A DNA stretch of 50,708 nt, filler included, from Porpidia crustulata (taxonomy: Eukaryota), in assembly GCA_964255105.1 (NCBI GenBank). It is 3 parts of 3 records of this genome, joined end to end, with 100 filler letters (N's around TTAATTAATTAA, not from the genome) between each part and the next. Parts side by side here need not be neighbours in the genome. Positions count along the whole stretch, not along the records: positions 1 to 16,893 come from CAXUWE010000240.1; positions 16,994 to 33,804 come from CAXUWE010000242.1; 1 more part is not named here. One strand, written 5' to 3'. Positions 15,447 through 29,201 of the stretch are shown here, piece by piece. A program made the position numbers and the translations under genes. The stretch's first letter is position 1; each line of letters starts with the position of its first letter. The notes beneath the pieces were generated by a model that was given only the letters and a program-made list of their open reading frames with translations, was not told the origin of the DNA and did no database searches.

Positions 15447-16893
15447 ATGACTTCATGTCGTCAGAATTGGTTTGGCTTTCATGGTCGACGTGGCGCATTG
15501 TCACTAATCGGCAGAAATCCAGCGAGCAGAATCGAGACGAAACCAAGAGAACCACCTCCACCAGCGACGCCAGTACAGCTACCTCGTTATGCAGCCTACT
15601 GTACCCAAAGTACTCCACCACTGCCTGCACAAGAGATCAGTAGTCTTTTCAGCACGACCCAGAGCTTAGGTGTCAGTAAGAAACACGTCGAAGCACTAGG
15701 TGCACAGATAAGTGTAGAGGTTCCTCTGGATCAGCTCATTCCTCAAGAATTCCTGCCCTCATTGGACTGGCACGAGAATCCAAATCAGACCGGCGGATCT
15801 GACGTTTTCCCGGCGTCACTCCCTTTACCTGAAGAAAAGCTTCGTAATGGAAGCGACAAGCCCGGACATGCAGAATTCTTCAAGCTTGCAAACGAATTAC
15901 GGATTGATAACGAGGACGCGTTCCGCTCACTGGAAGGACTTAGCCCCCTCGAAAACCGAAAACCAGTCAGGTTGGCGTACGCTCGGAATTTCTTTCAAAA
16001 ACTGCTCTTTGTTGCGGAATATTGGGATACGAGATCAGATAATTACCAGCATCCAGTACCAGAGGCCGAATCCAGTGAACAGGGCCGGAGTAGTACAAGT
16101 TCACCGCAGCGCAAACAACCAACCTACACCGGTCGCCGCATCGGTAATGGCCAGAACATGCCGCCTCTTTACCGTGATCAAATGATTAACGCATTTGTTG
16201 AACCTATTGCCTGGGCTTTCCGCTGTCGAGTCGAATCGCCCAAGAAACCCCCGAAATTCAGATACAACAATCTAATGATTCCTGTACATCAAACCGACAG
16301 TGTTTATTGCAGCCCACAAGATCAAATGCGAGCTCGTGCAAAGATGCTTGAAGGTCCTCTGATGGGCATCACATGTCGTCACACCCTTTCGTTCCGGAAA
16401 CCCGACGAGTTTCTAGGCGAGGGTAAGGCGGAAATTAGAGACTTGTTGTATGAGATAGCTTTGGGATTCCTGATCGCACAGCAGAGAGATAGAGAGGGCA
16501 AGCTCGAAGTGAAACACTGGGAAGGGAAATGGTGGTGCACGAAGCCACGGTGGGGCGGTGCACGAGGTGGATCCATATTCGATGGAGATGAGGACGCAGG
16601 TCATGGTAGAGGCAGCGTCGTACATCAAGCCAAAGAAGAAACTGAAGGCAAAGCCGATGGGAAATCATCATCTCCACACAAGAAACGAGCCAAAACCGAG
16701 CCGCAGTCCAAAAAGGCCGACGACGTCTACCGCAAGAAATTCCAGCTCGACCACAACGGCAACCTCATCCAGCCGGAACCCCAATACGAGCCGAGGATAA
16801 TCTACCAACACATTGGCCAAGTTAAAGGCAGCGATTTCGACGACGTAAGCTCCCCCCTTCCCATCCGCAACTCCGCTCCCCCGACTATCATCC
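15447..16893 (+). CDS. Hypothetical protein, 3'-truncated at the contig end; start uncertain
   Basis: Open frame of >460 codons with protein-like blocks (YTGRRIGNGQNMP, LEGPLMGITCR, WWCTKPRWGG). A donor-like GTAAGC lies at ~16845 just before the break. Confidence 0.7.
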
Positions 16894-16993
16894 NNNNNNN
16901 NNNNNNNNNNNNNNNNNNNNNNNNNNNNNNNNNNNNNTTAATTAATTAANNNNNNNNNNNNNNNNNNNNNNNNNNNNNNNNNNNNNNNNNNNN
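16894..16993. other. Artificial contig spacer N44-TTAATTAATTAA-N44
   Basis: Exactly 100 nt. The palindromic 12-mer supplies stop codons in all six frames and is identical to the second spacer. Confidence 0.98.
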
Positions 16994-17779
16994 GGGTGGA
17001 TGTTGTATATTCGAAATCTGGAATCCGGGTGTCTAGAGGGGTTTTGTTCGGTGGGAGATGCCCATGTTTTGGAGAATCGTCAAATGAAATTTTAGCTGAA
17101 CGGAATCGTTTATCTAGGCGAAACGATGGAGAAGCGTCTTGGATTGTGCTGCGTGTCCATTATACCCATTTTCATGAAATATTCGAAAGGTAGCTTTATT
17201 GTATTGTAAGATCCGACCCCATCTGAAAAAATCAAATCAACGAATTTCCAAACTGCCTGTCCATTTATGATCCTCTGAGTGAAGGATATAAGCAGCGACC
17301 GTCAAGACCGCTCCTACCTTCTTAAAGTAGACATCTAGCTCGCATTAGCGATCGATCTTTCCTATACAGTTGTTGAGCTTCCGCAGTGTGCTCTGGATTT
17401 CGAGGTCGCACCGGACCTTTGATGGATTCCGTGGGTGATGAGAGTTGTGCATCTTGCGTTGTTATACTTAATCTTGCGATTTTTTTATCCGCAGTGGTTT
17501 CGTTTACGACGTGTTTGTTTGATAGACTCTGATTGTTCGACGGTCATTGCTCTGCTTATTTTTGCGTGGAAATTGCTGTATAGTCGTTGAAGGATTCCAC
17601 TATACTTGAAGCTTGACTCCGCTCTCATAGCTTTGTGTCGCGATTTTCACGCATTGGGCTTCTTTGAATTGGATATGATTCGTTGGCCCATAGAAAGTGG
17701 CTGATTGCATCGATCTGTTCTGATTGTTATACCTCCCCAACCAACATCCGTCAAAACCCAGGTAAAGTATACTCAGAAG

Positions 17780-18714
17780 ATGGGCCAAACCGTGTCTTCG
17801 CAAAACCATGACATGAGCGGTGGTGACGGTAGCCAAGGTAGACCACTCGATAGCCTTCAATAATTTAAAGTACTCATAGCTACCTAGAATCCTTCGAAGC
17901 AAACCCAAGCGGAAGTTGGGAAATCGTCAATGAGCCTGAATTGACCAGTTCGTCCGATGACCCTGGCGGTAGCAATCAAGTCCCAGATCGGGAGGTTAAA
18001 GTAAAAGGCAAGGATGAAGCGAAGAGACCAACCCCGGAGACCGAAAACGCGGTTGATGCTTCGAATGATGGGTCTAGCCCAAGCAAGGTGGAGAAGCCAC
18101 TCCAGCCCGAAGAATCGTGTCCTGTCTCAAACGAGACGTCCGGGTTTCGAGCAAAGGAAGTAGTTTCGGTCGAATCTCATGCATTACCGGAGAGGCCAAA
18201 GAGGAATGCTGGATCAGCAGATGGAGATTTAGAGGTTGAAAAGGATCCTAAGAACCTAGCACCCTCCACGAAATTAGGATTCCAAGCTGGTGAGGCAAAA
18301 GAAGAAAAGGCTCGCCAGCAGCGGGTCCAATAGGCAGTCGCGGCATATAATGCAATGAAGGCGGAACAGAAGCTCATGAGCAACGCTGTCGCTTCGAAGA
18401 AATCGATAGCTAGGAAAGCGCAAAGTCGACCCGACAGATACATCGCCGAGAATCCGTCCCCCGAAGAGACTCGCCTAACAGCAGAGCAAGACCCCGTCAA
18501 GCTGGGTGATGAGCAAGCCGTATCACTTGCTAGAAAGGATTTGGTGATGGCGACAAAGAGAGCAATGAAAGTGATGCAGGAAATGGAAAAGGCCAACTGC
18601 GATGTTGCGGAGGCGGCTCGTCAGTTGCATTTGGCGAAAAGAAGTGTGGGTCTTGGAGGTAGGGAGGACGAGGATGGGGTGATGGAAGAGGTTGATGACA
18701 GGGTTGAGGGATAG
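17780..18714 (+). pseudogene. Orphan low-complexity/coiled-coil protein interrupted by one nonsense codon
   Basis: ATG at 17780 (MGQTVS...). A GT-AG intron at 17838-17887 joins it to the 17941 frame. ORFs 17941-18333 and 18355-18714 share a frame and are separated only by TAG 18331-18333 (QQRVQ*AVAAYNAMK). Confidence 0.55.
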
Positions 18715-19285
18715 GTTTTGGAATCGAAAGGATTAAGAAGGAAATGGCCCTAGACGTTATTGAAAATCTTTGGAATAGGTTAGGGTAGTGGTTATAGAAG
18801 ATACTTTGTCTCCTTTTCCAGAATCCTTGTCCTATGCCCTCTAATCGTGATTTCCGTCACCTTTAGATCAGCTTTGTCTCATTTGGTGAGATTAGGATCG
18901 TCCGAAGATTTTCACGCATACCGTGATGATGAATCGAATTTGAATATCGCGTGAATGATGCCTAGCACTAATCGATTGGACTTTTTTTTTCACTTCTTTG
19001 CACGGACCAAACAGACATCACAATCGTCTGAGATGAAAGACACGTTACCACAAATCTTTCCTCACTTGCGCAAGTTTCACTCCTGGAACTTTTACAGACC
19101 TTTGGGAAACCTTGATCGTGTCTTCTCTCACCATCAAATAGGTAAGCTGTGATTCTTTCAAGCATGCTTCTTCATCTTGAAGCCTGGCTGATTTGAATCC
19201 AGTAACTTAGTCTGCTTCAATCACAAATTATCGGAGTCTTACCTTCGTGAAGTTTTCGTGAGATACACAACTGTCAATACACATA

Positions 19286-19866
19286 ATGGGATCAGGAATT
19301 AATCCCAGAAAGCGCACGCTTAATGCCTTTGTGGAGTCGGAAGACGAAGACCAAGGTAGCTCCTTTGCAATGGATCGGTAGTAATCATGAAATGTTGACA
19401 TTAACACGTACCAGAGCCACCTACGATTGCGAAGACAAAGAAGGCCGTGCCCAAAACGAATACTATGACAACAGCTGAGAATGAGAACACAAAAGCTGAA
19501 TTGGATGGCGTCAACGGTTTGAGTGAGCTTGACCGCGGTCTATACCGATACTATGAGCATCTCATGGATAAGAAGTCTACGGAAGCCGTGGCGAAATTAC
19601 ATGTCCTTGAACAGGAAACAAAACGTGCAGGGGAAGAGTTTATATACTCCTTCAGCAAGAGAACACAGGCTCAAGAACAGCTCAATACTGCACAAGCAAA
19701 ATTTTCTCTAGCTCATGCGCACTATGTGCGCGCTGGGGAAATGGAAAATAGCGCAGCCGACGCCCTGCAGAAAGCGAAGACAAAGCCGGGAGCCAGGTTC
19801 AAACCAACTCTTCAAGGCTTCAGGGATTTAAAAGCAGCTGTTATGGAGTTAGAGACTCTCAAATGA
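19286..19866 (+). CDS. Small hypothetical coiled-coil protein, 2 exons
   Basis: ATG at 19286 (MGSGINPRKRTLNAFVESEDEDQ). An intron GTAGCT...CAG joins in frame to ORF 19447-19866, which is Ala/Glu/Lys-rich and helical-looking. Confidence 0.55.
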
Positions 19867-21260
19867 AATTATGTGATACTAGGGCCAATGTGGATCTGGA
19901 TTCAGATGGTATTCTCCACTTCAGATAGTGAAAAGTGATGGTGAGACATGCTTGGATCCGGCATAGCGAATATAAAACCCAGTTTCCCCGAATCGCTTCT
20001 GTTTCTCGGAGTATCTTCTAGTCTGGTCAGATCTTCAAAGATATGGTCCAGAAGCTGCGCAGTATACTGCCAAGAAGATGTTGAGATTCATCGATATTAG
20101 CTATGTTCTCCAATGTTTCGTCCTTGACGCAAATCCAATAGCAATCTCCACTTCAAGCCGACGTGCCGATATCACAATAACACCGATCAGGAATTGTGAC
20201 AAGTATGTTTCCACAATCAAAAGTGTTATTCGCTGAGTCGCTGTCCTCTGACTCTCCATCAACACCCAAGGGAGAATCCACCTGAGATCGCGCCAAGTGT
20301 ATTTTAGGTCATGTCAAGTAGGAAGTGCACACTATAGTCTGTACTTAAACCCTTCGTGGCCATGGATACCTATTGTCCTACACCAGTAACTGATATCCAG
20401 CGAGTGTAGGGGATGAGACTTTCTTTCCGTCAGGAAAAACACATAGTCTAATTAGTAAGTTGAGGAGAATGTCTTCACCGCCTGTAAGTATCTTGGGGCG
20501 TACATATCCCTCTTCTTACTTGTTCAGTCCATAAGTGTTCCCTCCTAGAAACGTCAGATCTGTGAGGAGATGCCTCAATTGGCAAAGTAGTAGCATTCAA
20601 CCAAATATAACGAACATCGCCAAGGTGTGATCATTGAGCAACGTGTAGAGACTTCGAATGCTTCGTCAAGAGAACTCCGGGGCAACAAGAGACCGCGTTT
20701 CCAAGGTAATGTGCACTCAAGATGGTGATCTAATATGCACTCACCGTTCATTAGCAGCAGCCACGTCCGATATCGGCGGGATCGTCGTAAGAATAAAGCT
20801 GATCGAAGAACCGATTGCGTTTACCGAAATGTCCTCTGGGTCGGAAATTGGCTCAGTCAAGCTGGCACTCGTTAGGGAGTTGCATAAGATCCAAGGCGGA
20901 AGCAACGCTTCAAACTGTGTACAAGTTCCTTAGAGCCAGGAAATCGGTAGTCGTGTTGCCAACAGCAGGCGAAGAATCTAGGGCAGCCCTGGCGGCGAAG
21001 GCAAGCGTTACGAAGCGTAGATGGAGGTATCTGGAAAAGAAAAGTAGCCCGACCTCGCGACTCGCGAATGGAACGCTGCTGCGACGCTTTAGTTGGACAA
21101 GTCGCCACATCAAGCGAACGGAAATCCGGCGACCACGATTTCTGGAACATCCAATGATGATCGAATCCTAACGCATAAGGTTGCGGAAGCACAAGACAGG
21201 TTCGAGTTTGGTAAGGAGGAAGTCGGAAAATGTAGACCACGAACCTTAGGACATTCTCAG

Positions 21261-21290
21261 ATTACCGCGAGGCTAATTACCGCGAGGCTA
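21261..21290 (+). repeat. Perfect 15-bp tandem duplication ATTACCGCGAGGCTA x2
   Basis: Two identical adjacent copies are read directly. Confidence 0.85.
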
Positions 21291-22593
21291 ATGACCATCT
21301 GCTGATGACCATGACTTGTAGTCCGGCAGAGGAGAGCGACAGTGACTTTAAAGATTTTAAAGTAAAAGATAGTGCGGATGTATCTTCAATCCAGTGTTAT
21401 GTGAGAAAAGTCGATGACTCAATGATTAGACTTGCTCTCCAATACTGATATGATCTCGCTGGTCGCAGAAGTAGAAGAGCTTCAACATGAGTTCCCATCT
21501 CCAGCCGAATAAACCAAGATCTCACAGCAGCGTCATGTCCCCACGTAGATATTGTTCCTATCTCTCCTATTCCCAGCATCCTTCCTCGTTTCCTTCCATA
21601 CAAGCACCGCGACTAGGCCCAATGACTCGAACCACCAACTAGCCTTACGAATTTCTTCACTATGCCCCAGAAACCCCACTGACGCTGGGGCTCTTCCTGT
21701 TCTTTCCACTTCCCATATGATGCCGGAGGTGTCGTAAAATGTTTCTTAGGCGACCGGGCGCGTTTGGGCGATTTTGCGAGGAGAGGGGTTGATGGACGCG
21801 ACATGGTTGCCGGATAGTTTTTTTCCCCCCAGCTCGTTTCCGGAGTGGATGGAGATGTGTTGGATTCGGTGGGATTGTCCGTAGGGAAAGGATTCAAGAG
21901 CGGAAAACGGGAAACAAGTGAGGTAGAGGAATGTTAGCTCGTACGTATAACATCGGGTATCGGAGAATATATATAGGTCGTCGCATAGACCGTCACACCG
22001 AGTCATTGCGCAGCCTTGAGCAAGATAGATGTGTAGCGCGAGCTAAATTCGCGCAGTCGCACAAATCTACACGTAGCAAATGCATAATGTTACGAATGAG
22101 TCAATAAAAACCAATAATTTGATTAGTTCCGCCTAGTCCGTGCACACAATGGATATTCACCGAGGACGCTTTTGATGGGACGAAGAGAACATGAGGCTCA
22201 AATGAGTCAGATCGAGCAGTAACGTTCGTTAGTCAATTAAACAAGCGCGATGCTGTATACTCGTATCCACTGCCAGTTCGGCCACCATGCTGAGGGTTAG
22301 GGTTATATGATCGACTGATGCGGGAAATCCATACCGCCAAACTCGACTGTACCTGTGGAAAACATCACCTGAACGCTACAAAGTCAAGTGATAATGAACG
22401 AAATACACGGATTTGATCGAGACACGGTTAGGCAACATCGAATCATCGAAAACTCTTCTTGAAATAATCATTCAATCTGATTGATGTTAATGAGGATCGA
22501 ATTTCGCGTATGGATTTTCTGCCCCCGCGTGCGTGGTTGGATTATAAATTATAAAGCTTCCGAGATAAAATACAGAAAGAACTTTTCCAAAAT

Positions 22594-23158
22594 CTACTTG
22601 GGATATTCATGAGGATTCTCCTCATAGTACCAACTCTGCTGTTCCTCCGTCAGAAGATCCTTCGGGCCCAATCCAAACCATTCTTGAAAGCACGCTTCGA
22701 TCCTGTTAAATTGCTGGATACAAGCCCGCAGATCCTGAGCAAAATCGTCCTCCGAGGTAGTCCGTACACCATGAAGCAACCAAAAACCAAATTGACTGGG
22801 AAGATTCGGCGCACAAGCTCCAGCCCTTGGATCGCATACGATGGTTTTGTTCCGGCAATACTTCATGTACTCGTCCAACTTTGCTTCGTCGATGTCGCCA
22901 AGATATTTCGAAGAGAGAATGGTCTCTGGTAGAAGAAGGAGGTAGACCCCATTTGGCGACACGCTCCTTGGCGTTAATCAAAGATGAGATCCTCGACCGA
23001 CGAGCTGATTGAAGAAGGGAAGAGGAAAACGATTGAGATGAGGAAAGGGACGAGTCCGCATTCTCCAAATCCATTATACCCCTAGTTGGCGAGACGTAGG
23101 GCTTGAGGGGTTCCTCTTGTATAGTGGTGCTCCTTGTTTTGCGACATCGGAAGTCCAT
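22594..23158 (-). CDS. Hypothetical protein; 5' structure unresolved (possible frameshift or relic)
   Basis: ORF 22594-22962 looks protein-like (FGFWLLHGVRT...CFQEWFGLGP) but starts at GTG with no ATG near its 5' end. An overlapping ATG ORF begins at 23158 in another frame. Confidence 0.35.
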
Positions 23159-23655
23159 AATGGTAATTCATCACGGCTGATCGCAATAGCAGCGACAGCA
23201 GTGACATAAAACTCTGTGAAGGGTGTGACTATCACCGAAACTAGGAGGATCTGAGCCGATGGATTATGGACTCGAGTGGCTAAGGTATTTGAGGAAGAGA
23301 CGTATTTATGTTCGTTTCATGTCATGGGTCCATGTAATAAGCCTTGTTTCGATCAAACATTTTTCATCTGTTGTTTCAGGGAAGGTTGTGAACAAGCGAC
23401 GGAATTGGATCATGGGTACCTATGTAGGTAGCTAGATGCCTCGCTAGCTTCAGCTTGGTTCAACGAAGAGAAAAGGGGAGTGCGGGCCGGTTCCCCCTAC
23501 AATCTTCGACGACGGTGATGACCAAGACAAGAATCAAGCGAAGCTAATGCCATCGCAGCACGCCAAGGCGCTCCGAGAGTATCGTAGAAGCTTTTTTTAG
23601 CATTACTCTTATATGTATATACGTATCGTACTTGGGGTCGAGCATATCCTTCCTC

Positions 23656-26600
23656 TCACCACTCCGATCCCAAATCGCTATATATGATAGCAACCTCCCC
23701 CTTCCTCGGACACAGGAATATACCATCGGCCGTAGCCTGACACAAGTCCAAACTCTCGGCATTGACCCAGTCTCGTGGAAGAAAGAAATGACGGAGGAGG
23801 GTACTGGGCCCTTCGGGCGTCTGTATCCGCCACGAGCACACCCAGAATGACTCGTCCATGAAAACTAGGCGACCATTGCTCAGTACTTCCAAGGGACGTT
23901 CGATGGAGGAGGAGATATGGGATGGTATGGGAATGGACAATAGGGTTTGGGCTTCTGCTGTACCGGAGGGTTTGGCAAGGGATACGCTTTCAAGCACGTG
24001 AAGGCGGTTCGTACGTCTTCCGTGTTGCCGAGATTTTGCGATGAAAAGTATTATGAAGGCTTTGCTGTGGGATATGATCAATTTGTCAATGGTCTCGTGA
24101 CCGCCGTCTAGGTCAAGTTGCGCTAGCTCCAAAGGCTGCAGATCCATGCTGCCATCATCAGTATAGCAAGGAGATGCATATGGAAAGGGTTCGATCCGCC
24201 ACTGACGACCCCTCTCGAGTGTGCTCCAGGTGTAAGCGGTCACTGAGGACGGCGAAAAGGCAAGAAGGCTCCCGGGGTCCAATGGGTGATTGGCCCACGT
24301 GACAGGCCCCTGCGATGAAGAGTTGTAGGTCCCACACACAGAACGTCGCTTTATCGACCATAGCTGTGCTGACTCTGGACTGGCGATCAAGACAAAATTG
24401 GAGTTAGGACTGATAAGTAATCGGTGCGCTCCACCCTTTTGAACATTGAAGCTTTCGTTCATGACGGAGCGAATTTCCCATTTGTGGTCTTTCTTCTCTC
24501 TTGCCGTATTGACGACAATACGTCCTCCAAGGTCTACAAAGGCAAAATGTATCCCATCCTCTGCCCAAATCAGATGCTCGATGATCATCTTGGCCTGGGA
24601 TTTTGCTCCTTGGATTTTCTCTGCATTGGAAATGGTTTCTAATTCCACAATACCGACGGCATTACCAATGCACAATAGATCGCCCTGACGTCGTGTCGAG
24701 AGCGCTGTGATAGGGACAAGACTCTGGACATGCGATTCCGAGGTATTGAACGACACGCTCTTCATGCTCTCGGCCCAAGTATCGGTATCGTGGCTCTGTT
24801 CATCCATGTCGGATATCCTGATTAGGGAGTTTGGTTCCCAGACATTGCAATAAGAGCCTCTGATATCATAGAATCGTCGACCGTCGGGGCTGAAACATAC
24901 GGCTGTGATCACATCTTCAGACGAAAGTTGGTAGATGAGCTGGAAGGTATGAAAGCTGTACAGTTTGACAGTGCCGTCGACGTCGCTGGTCACGAAGAGA
25001 GCTCCATTAGGATTGATATCAAGTCCAGAGGGGGTAGCTTCGGATGTGTCCACCTTCAACTCTTGATGCGTTTGTTCGAAGGGATGCCATTTGAACACCG
25101 CCCCGTCGATGTAGATACCGAGTACTTGGCCATTCCGCGGATGCCACCGCACGAAACTGACTCCGGTCCACGATTTACGGGAAGGATGGCTGGTTTGCAT
25201 TCTTCTCTTGCATCTATTGATCAGTCCTGGTGACTTCAGAGACCAAACGGAGAGAGGATAGCCACGGTATGCAATCGCAACCTGAGTCATATCCGGATTG
25301 AACGCCATGTCGTTTGGCGAATTTGGGTTTGTACCGGGTATTGTGTTATCTTCTCGAAAGATGGCGGAAGAACTTTGCTGCCAGCCATTCCCTGTGTCGC
25401 CAAGGTGAAATTTTGTAACCTTCCGAGTGTCCAGACCTGCGACGAGGATAGAGTCGAGCTGAGAAAACCTGAGGTCTAAGGGTCGAACATTGGGAGGACT
25501 AGCGGTGGCATAGAGAAGCTTACCCTCTGAAATGTTCCAAATCTTCGTAGATTTGCTGCCATATGATGCAAGCATCTCGCCGTTATCGCTAAAGCATATA
25601 TGATGGACGTGCTCTTGGTGAACAAATGTCCGAATCTCCTCAAAAGACCGTGAATCCCAAAGAGTTGTACTGCCTACAGAGGTCAAGATGGCAAGGAAAC
25701 GGCCAAAGCACTGTATCAGCAATGCTTCACGATTTGTCCCGACCGACAGTCGGGCAAAGCAATCGTCCCACTCAGCTGTCGACAGCCCTTCAACACGAAG
25801 TGGAGAGGCTGGCGACTGTCCAAATTGCCGGTAGATCCTTGAATTAGTGGGGCAGAATTGAGGTATGTATTTGTAAATGGCATTCGGGTCCTGGAGGAGA
25901 TGACCGCCAAATTTTCCCACGATCTTCAGAAGGTCGGTAGCCCAGAGTTCAAGGAGTTCAAATTCTGCCAGGTGAGAGTTGAGTGATAACCTCCTGGCGT
26001 AAAAGCTCTGGTATTGCCGAACAAAAGCCGTGACATGTTGAGATGTGTAAACGAGTGCTTTCAGCTCGCCCATCATGGCCAGTGCCTGAATCCATGGAAG
26101 AACGAAACGTCCGGAGAAAAATTTAGTCATCAGTTCCAAAGCATGCTCGGACTCTTCCGAGCCATGACTGAGATGCCAGCCCCACGACGATGCCGAATAG
26201 GCGTATAACGGGGGCCATGGCTCTTGGGATAACGTATCACGAAGGTTCCGATGGATGAAGATGGAAAGCGTTGTTTTGAAGAGTTTTTCATGCGCAGCTT
26301 CAGCCTTCAAAAGGAAAGAAATCCCGGAATTACTGACGAGATACTCGCGAGCAGTGTAATGTACCAGTGAGACGTAGTCCTTACCGTCGCGTCTGTCCAC
26401 TTTGACGAAGTGACCACAGACTTGGTTGATGGTGTCTGCCAGATCGAGAATTCTGGGATGCTCGGGCCTCAACGCCTCTAACAACTCATCCGTATGGAGA
26501 GACTTTCTCGAATACGTTGTCCATGCCAATATCGAACGAGCTAATGACACATCAAAAGGTTTTTTAAGCCTGTTGATCGCACTGGACATGCGTTGGTAAA

Positions 26601-28756
26601 GATCCTCCATGCCGGAAGGGACCTCATCGAGAACTTGCTTAATGTCTCTTTCCGTGTGACACTGGGTTATTTCTTTGAGCACAAGGTGCACCCATAGAAA
26701 GGATCCCCCGGCTTGACTAACTAATTTATTAACTATCTGCTGGCGGAACTGTTGACTCCCACGCATGAATGGCTTCTCTGATGTAGCGTAGTGCCGGATA
26801 TCACTCTCATTATTGTCTAAAGACGCTGAGCGGACTGTGATGCTTGCAGCGACTCTATCGAAAGCCACTTTGATATCAGGGATTGGTCGGCTCGTCACCA
26901 GGACATGAATGATTATTTGTGATGAGGCGAGACTTTTGAAGTGCTCAATGATAGCCAATGATGAATCAGATTCATCAAGAGCATCGATAACCCAATATAG
27001 AGGAGCATTATTCACTAGACCAAAAAGAGTTGAAACGAAGATTCGTTGCCAGATGCTCCAAGAATCCATTTTATCGAGCCTGACGCCTTTGTCGTTCATG
27101 ATCTTGAGCATTTCGTGCAAGTCTGGTACGTCTTGCGCTGTCTGAAACGCTAAAGATCCCAATAAATCGCCCGGAGATTGCTTTGCCGAGTCTCCGTGCT
27201 GGAAGAAAAAGTATTGGCAAAGACGACCTTTCTTGAGAAAGTGGTTGATGAGAAACGAGGCTTGAACAGATTTCCCGGAGCCTGGCTGAGCATAGAGCCA
27301 TAGAACGTTAGACTGCAGCGAATGCTCCCACTTTATAAAAACCGGCGTGTCCAATATACCACTACAGGTACCTTCCTTCCATCGATGAAGCTGAGAATTG
27401 AGATCTTCCTCCGGTGCGCGAGACACTCCTAGTAATTTCTCCAGCGTTCGTGTGCTTGATTTCGACCTCGAAAGCGAGGCTTCGGAAGCTGTTTGCTCGA
27501 TTTAGGTTTTAGTAATCCTGGATGTGGGTTGGACTTACAAGTATCCTGGTACCTCGAGACGAAATTGCTCAGAAGGGAAGAGATACTTTGGTAGTTGGAG
27601 TTTTCTCGACTGTTAAATTTACATACGTCATGATGGTTTGCGTTCAATGGCTTTATGATTTCGCCAGGATAGCCAAGGGATGACGAATCTTTATTGACTA
27701 TCATCTTCATGACATTAGTCCAATATCCGGCGGCTTCTGGAACCATTGGTCAGACTTACCACGTGTTTTAAGGCAACCGAAGTCTCCAGTGTTTCGTAAA
27801 AGGAGACTATTGACTGTATACGACCAGCTACATCTCGAAAAGCATCATTTAACTCCGTTATTGACGGAGATTTGCGGCTAAGCTCTGCGATGTACGCTTT
27901 CGGACTGTGACTGAATATCGAAACAGACAGCAAGCGATTCAGATAATCTGCGAGACTGTTGCCGCGATGAGGTGTGGAAAGGAACAGCACAGCACGGGTC
28001 TGCGAGATGATTTGCTTGTATTCATCGTTGCTCTGGCCGTTGATGTAAGCCTGTGACAGTTCCGATCAGCAGAGCTCAATACACGGTCCGCTTTCTGATA
28101 GCTGATCTTCGCCCTTGACGTTCGAGTACGATCTATCACATATTGATGATCGGAATTTGATCAACGAAAGCCCCGTCACAGGCAGCGCACCAACCTTCTT
28201 GAAGACAAGACCACCCATCGAATGGACAACGAAAATAATTGGTCTCTGATATACGAGTGAGCAAAAGCTATTCGAATCTGGGTCAAAGCTTCCCACCTTG
28301 CCGATATCCAGATTATTTCGATCTTCAATATCTCGTCCGAATTTCAAATGGAATAGCAAATCCCTTGCGAAGTCTGAGATGCTCGATACGTTATTTGGTC
28401 CTGTGTTCATATAGTCGGCATTGTAGCCAAAGCTCATGATCCTTGCGCTGCTGATCTCAGGTTCGAGCGGTAGCCATAACTTTGGCCAAAATCGATTCGA
28501 ATCTCCATCGTAGCACCACGTCTTCTCACTAGATCCGCCTAATCCGTGCACAAAGATGATATCCACCGAGGGCGCTTTTGATGGAGCGAAGAGAACGTGA
28601 AGTCCAGAAGAATCAGATTGAGCGTTTGCAATACGTTCTCTACGATCAGTAGTGGAGTTGGAAGGACTATTACTCGTGGGATGATGTAAATGTGGCGGCT
28701 AATTGATGGAGGATCAGCTTCGTAGATATGCTTACGGTTCTTTAGCATCGTACCAT
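23656..28756 (-). CDS. Fungal NLR-like protein: N-terminal alpha/beta hydrolase (SesB/PGAP1-like) + NACHT + WD40 beta-propeller
   Basis: Hydrolase motifs DIIFVHGLGGS, IMSFGY, VHSMGG, FLSTPHRG and NHHDVCKF splice in frame to the 1256-aa ORF. That ORF has Walker A AQPGSGKS, Walker B WVIDALDES, FLWV, LVHYTAREYL and C-terminal WD-type repeats (FSDNGEMLAS, FSPDGRRF). The start is tentatively a one-codon ATG exon at 28754-28756 (alternative 28827-28829). Confidence 0.88.
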
Positions 28757-29201
28757 AACGATGGATGTGAATCACATAAGGAAAGTGCTTGTACAAGTTG
28801 ACAAGCAAGGAATTTAGCACCCTAACCATCAATTTCCTCGAGGCTTGACTTAACAGAACCCGGGACGTTGCGAGGATTGACTGCAATTTGAAGGCTTCAT
28901 CAACGATAGGATAGGCGAGGCTACCGTTACTACAGCTAGATCTCACGTAAAGTTGGGCTGATATGCAAGAGAGAGTCTGCGCCACGAAGCGGGCGGATGG
29001 GTGATTGGTGTTTACACCTTGGTACTACCTTACCTGACGAAGATGAGTTGGCAATTGGACGAGGCTGCTATCGTCGAGCAAGTGAAAGGAAAGGTCACTT
29101 CAAAACATCAAGCGATACACCTGTCGCTCGCTCAAGGCTACCCCAGCCGTTAACATACCAAGTGCAATACGGAATTGGCTGTTCTTGCATCCTACAAAGC
29201 A

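Noticed and set aside
16938..16949. TTAATTAATTAA as a piggyBac TTAA target or regulatory palindrome
   Set aside because: It is flanked by exactly 44 N on each side and repeated identically at 33849-33860, so it is a synthetic linker.
20600..22050. Cluster of short overlapping ORFs
   Set aside because: No coherent spliced model or domain could be built.
22294..22305. Interstitial telomeric repeat GGGTTAGGGTTA
   Set aside because: About two units only, which is compatible with chance.
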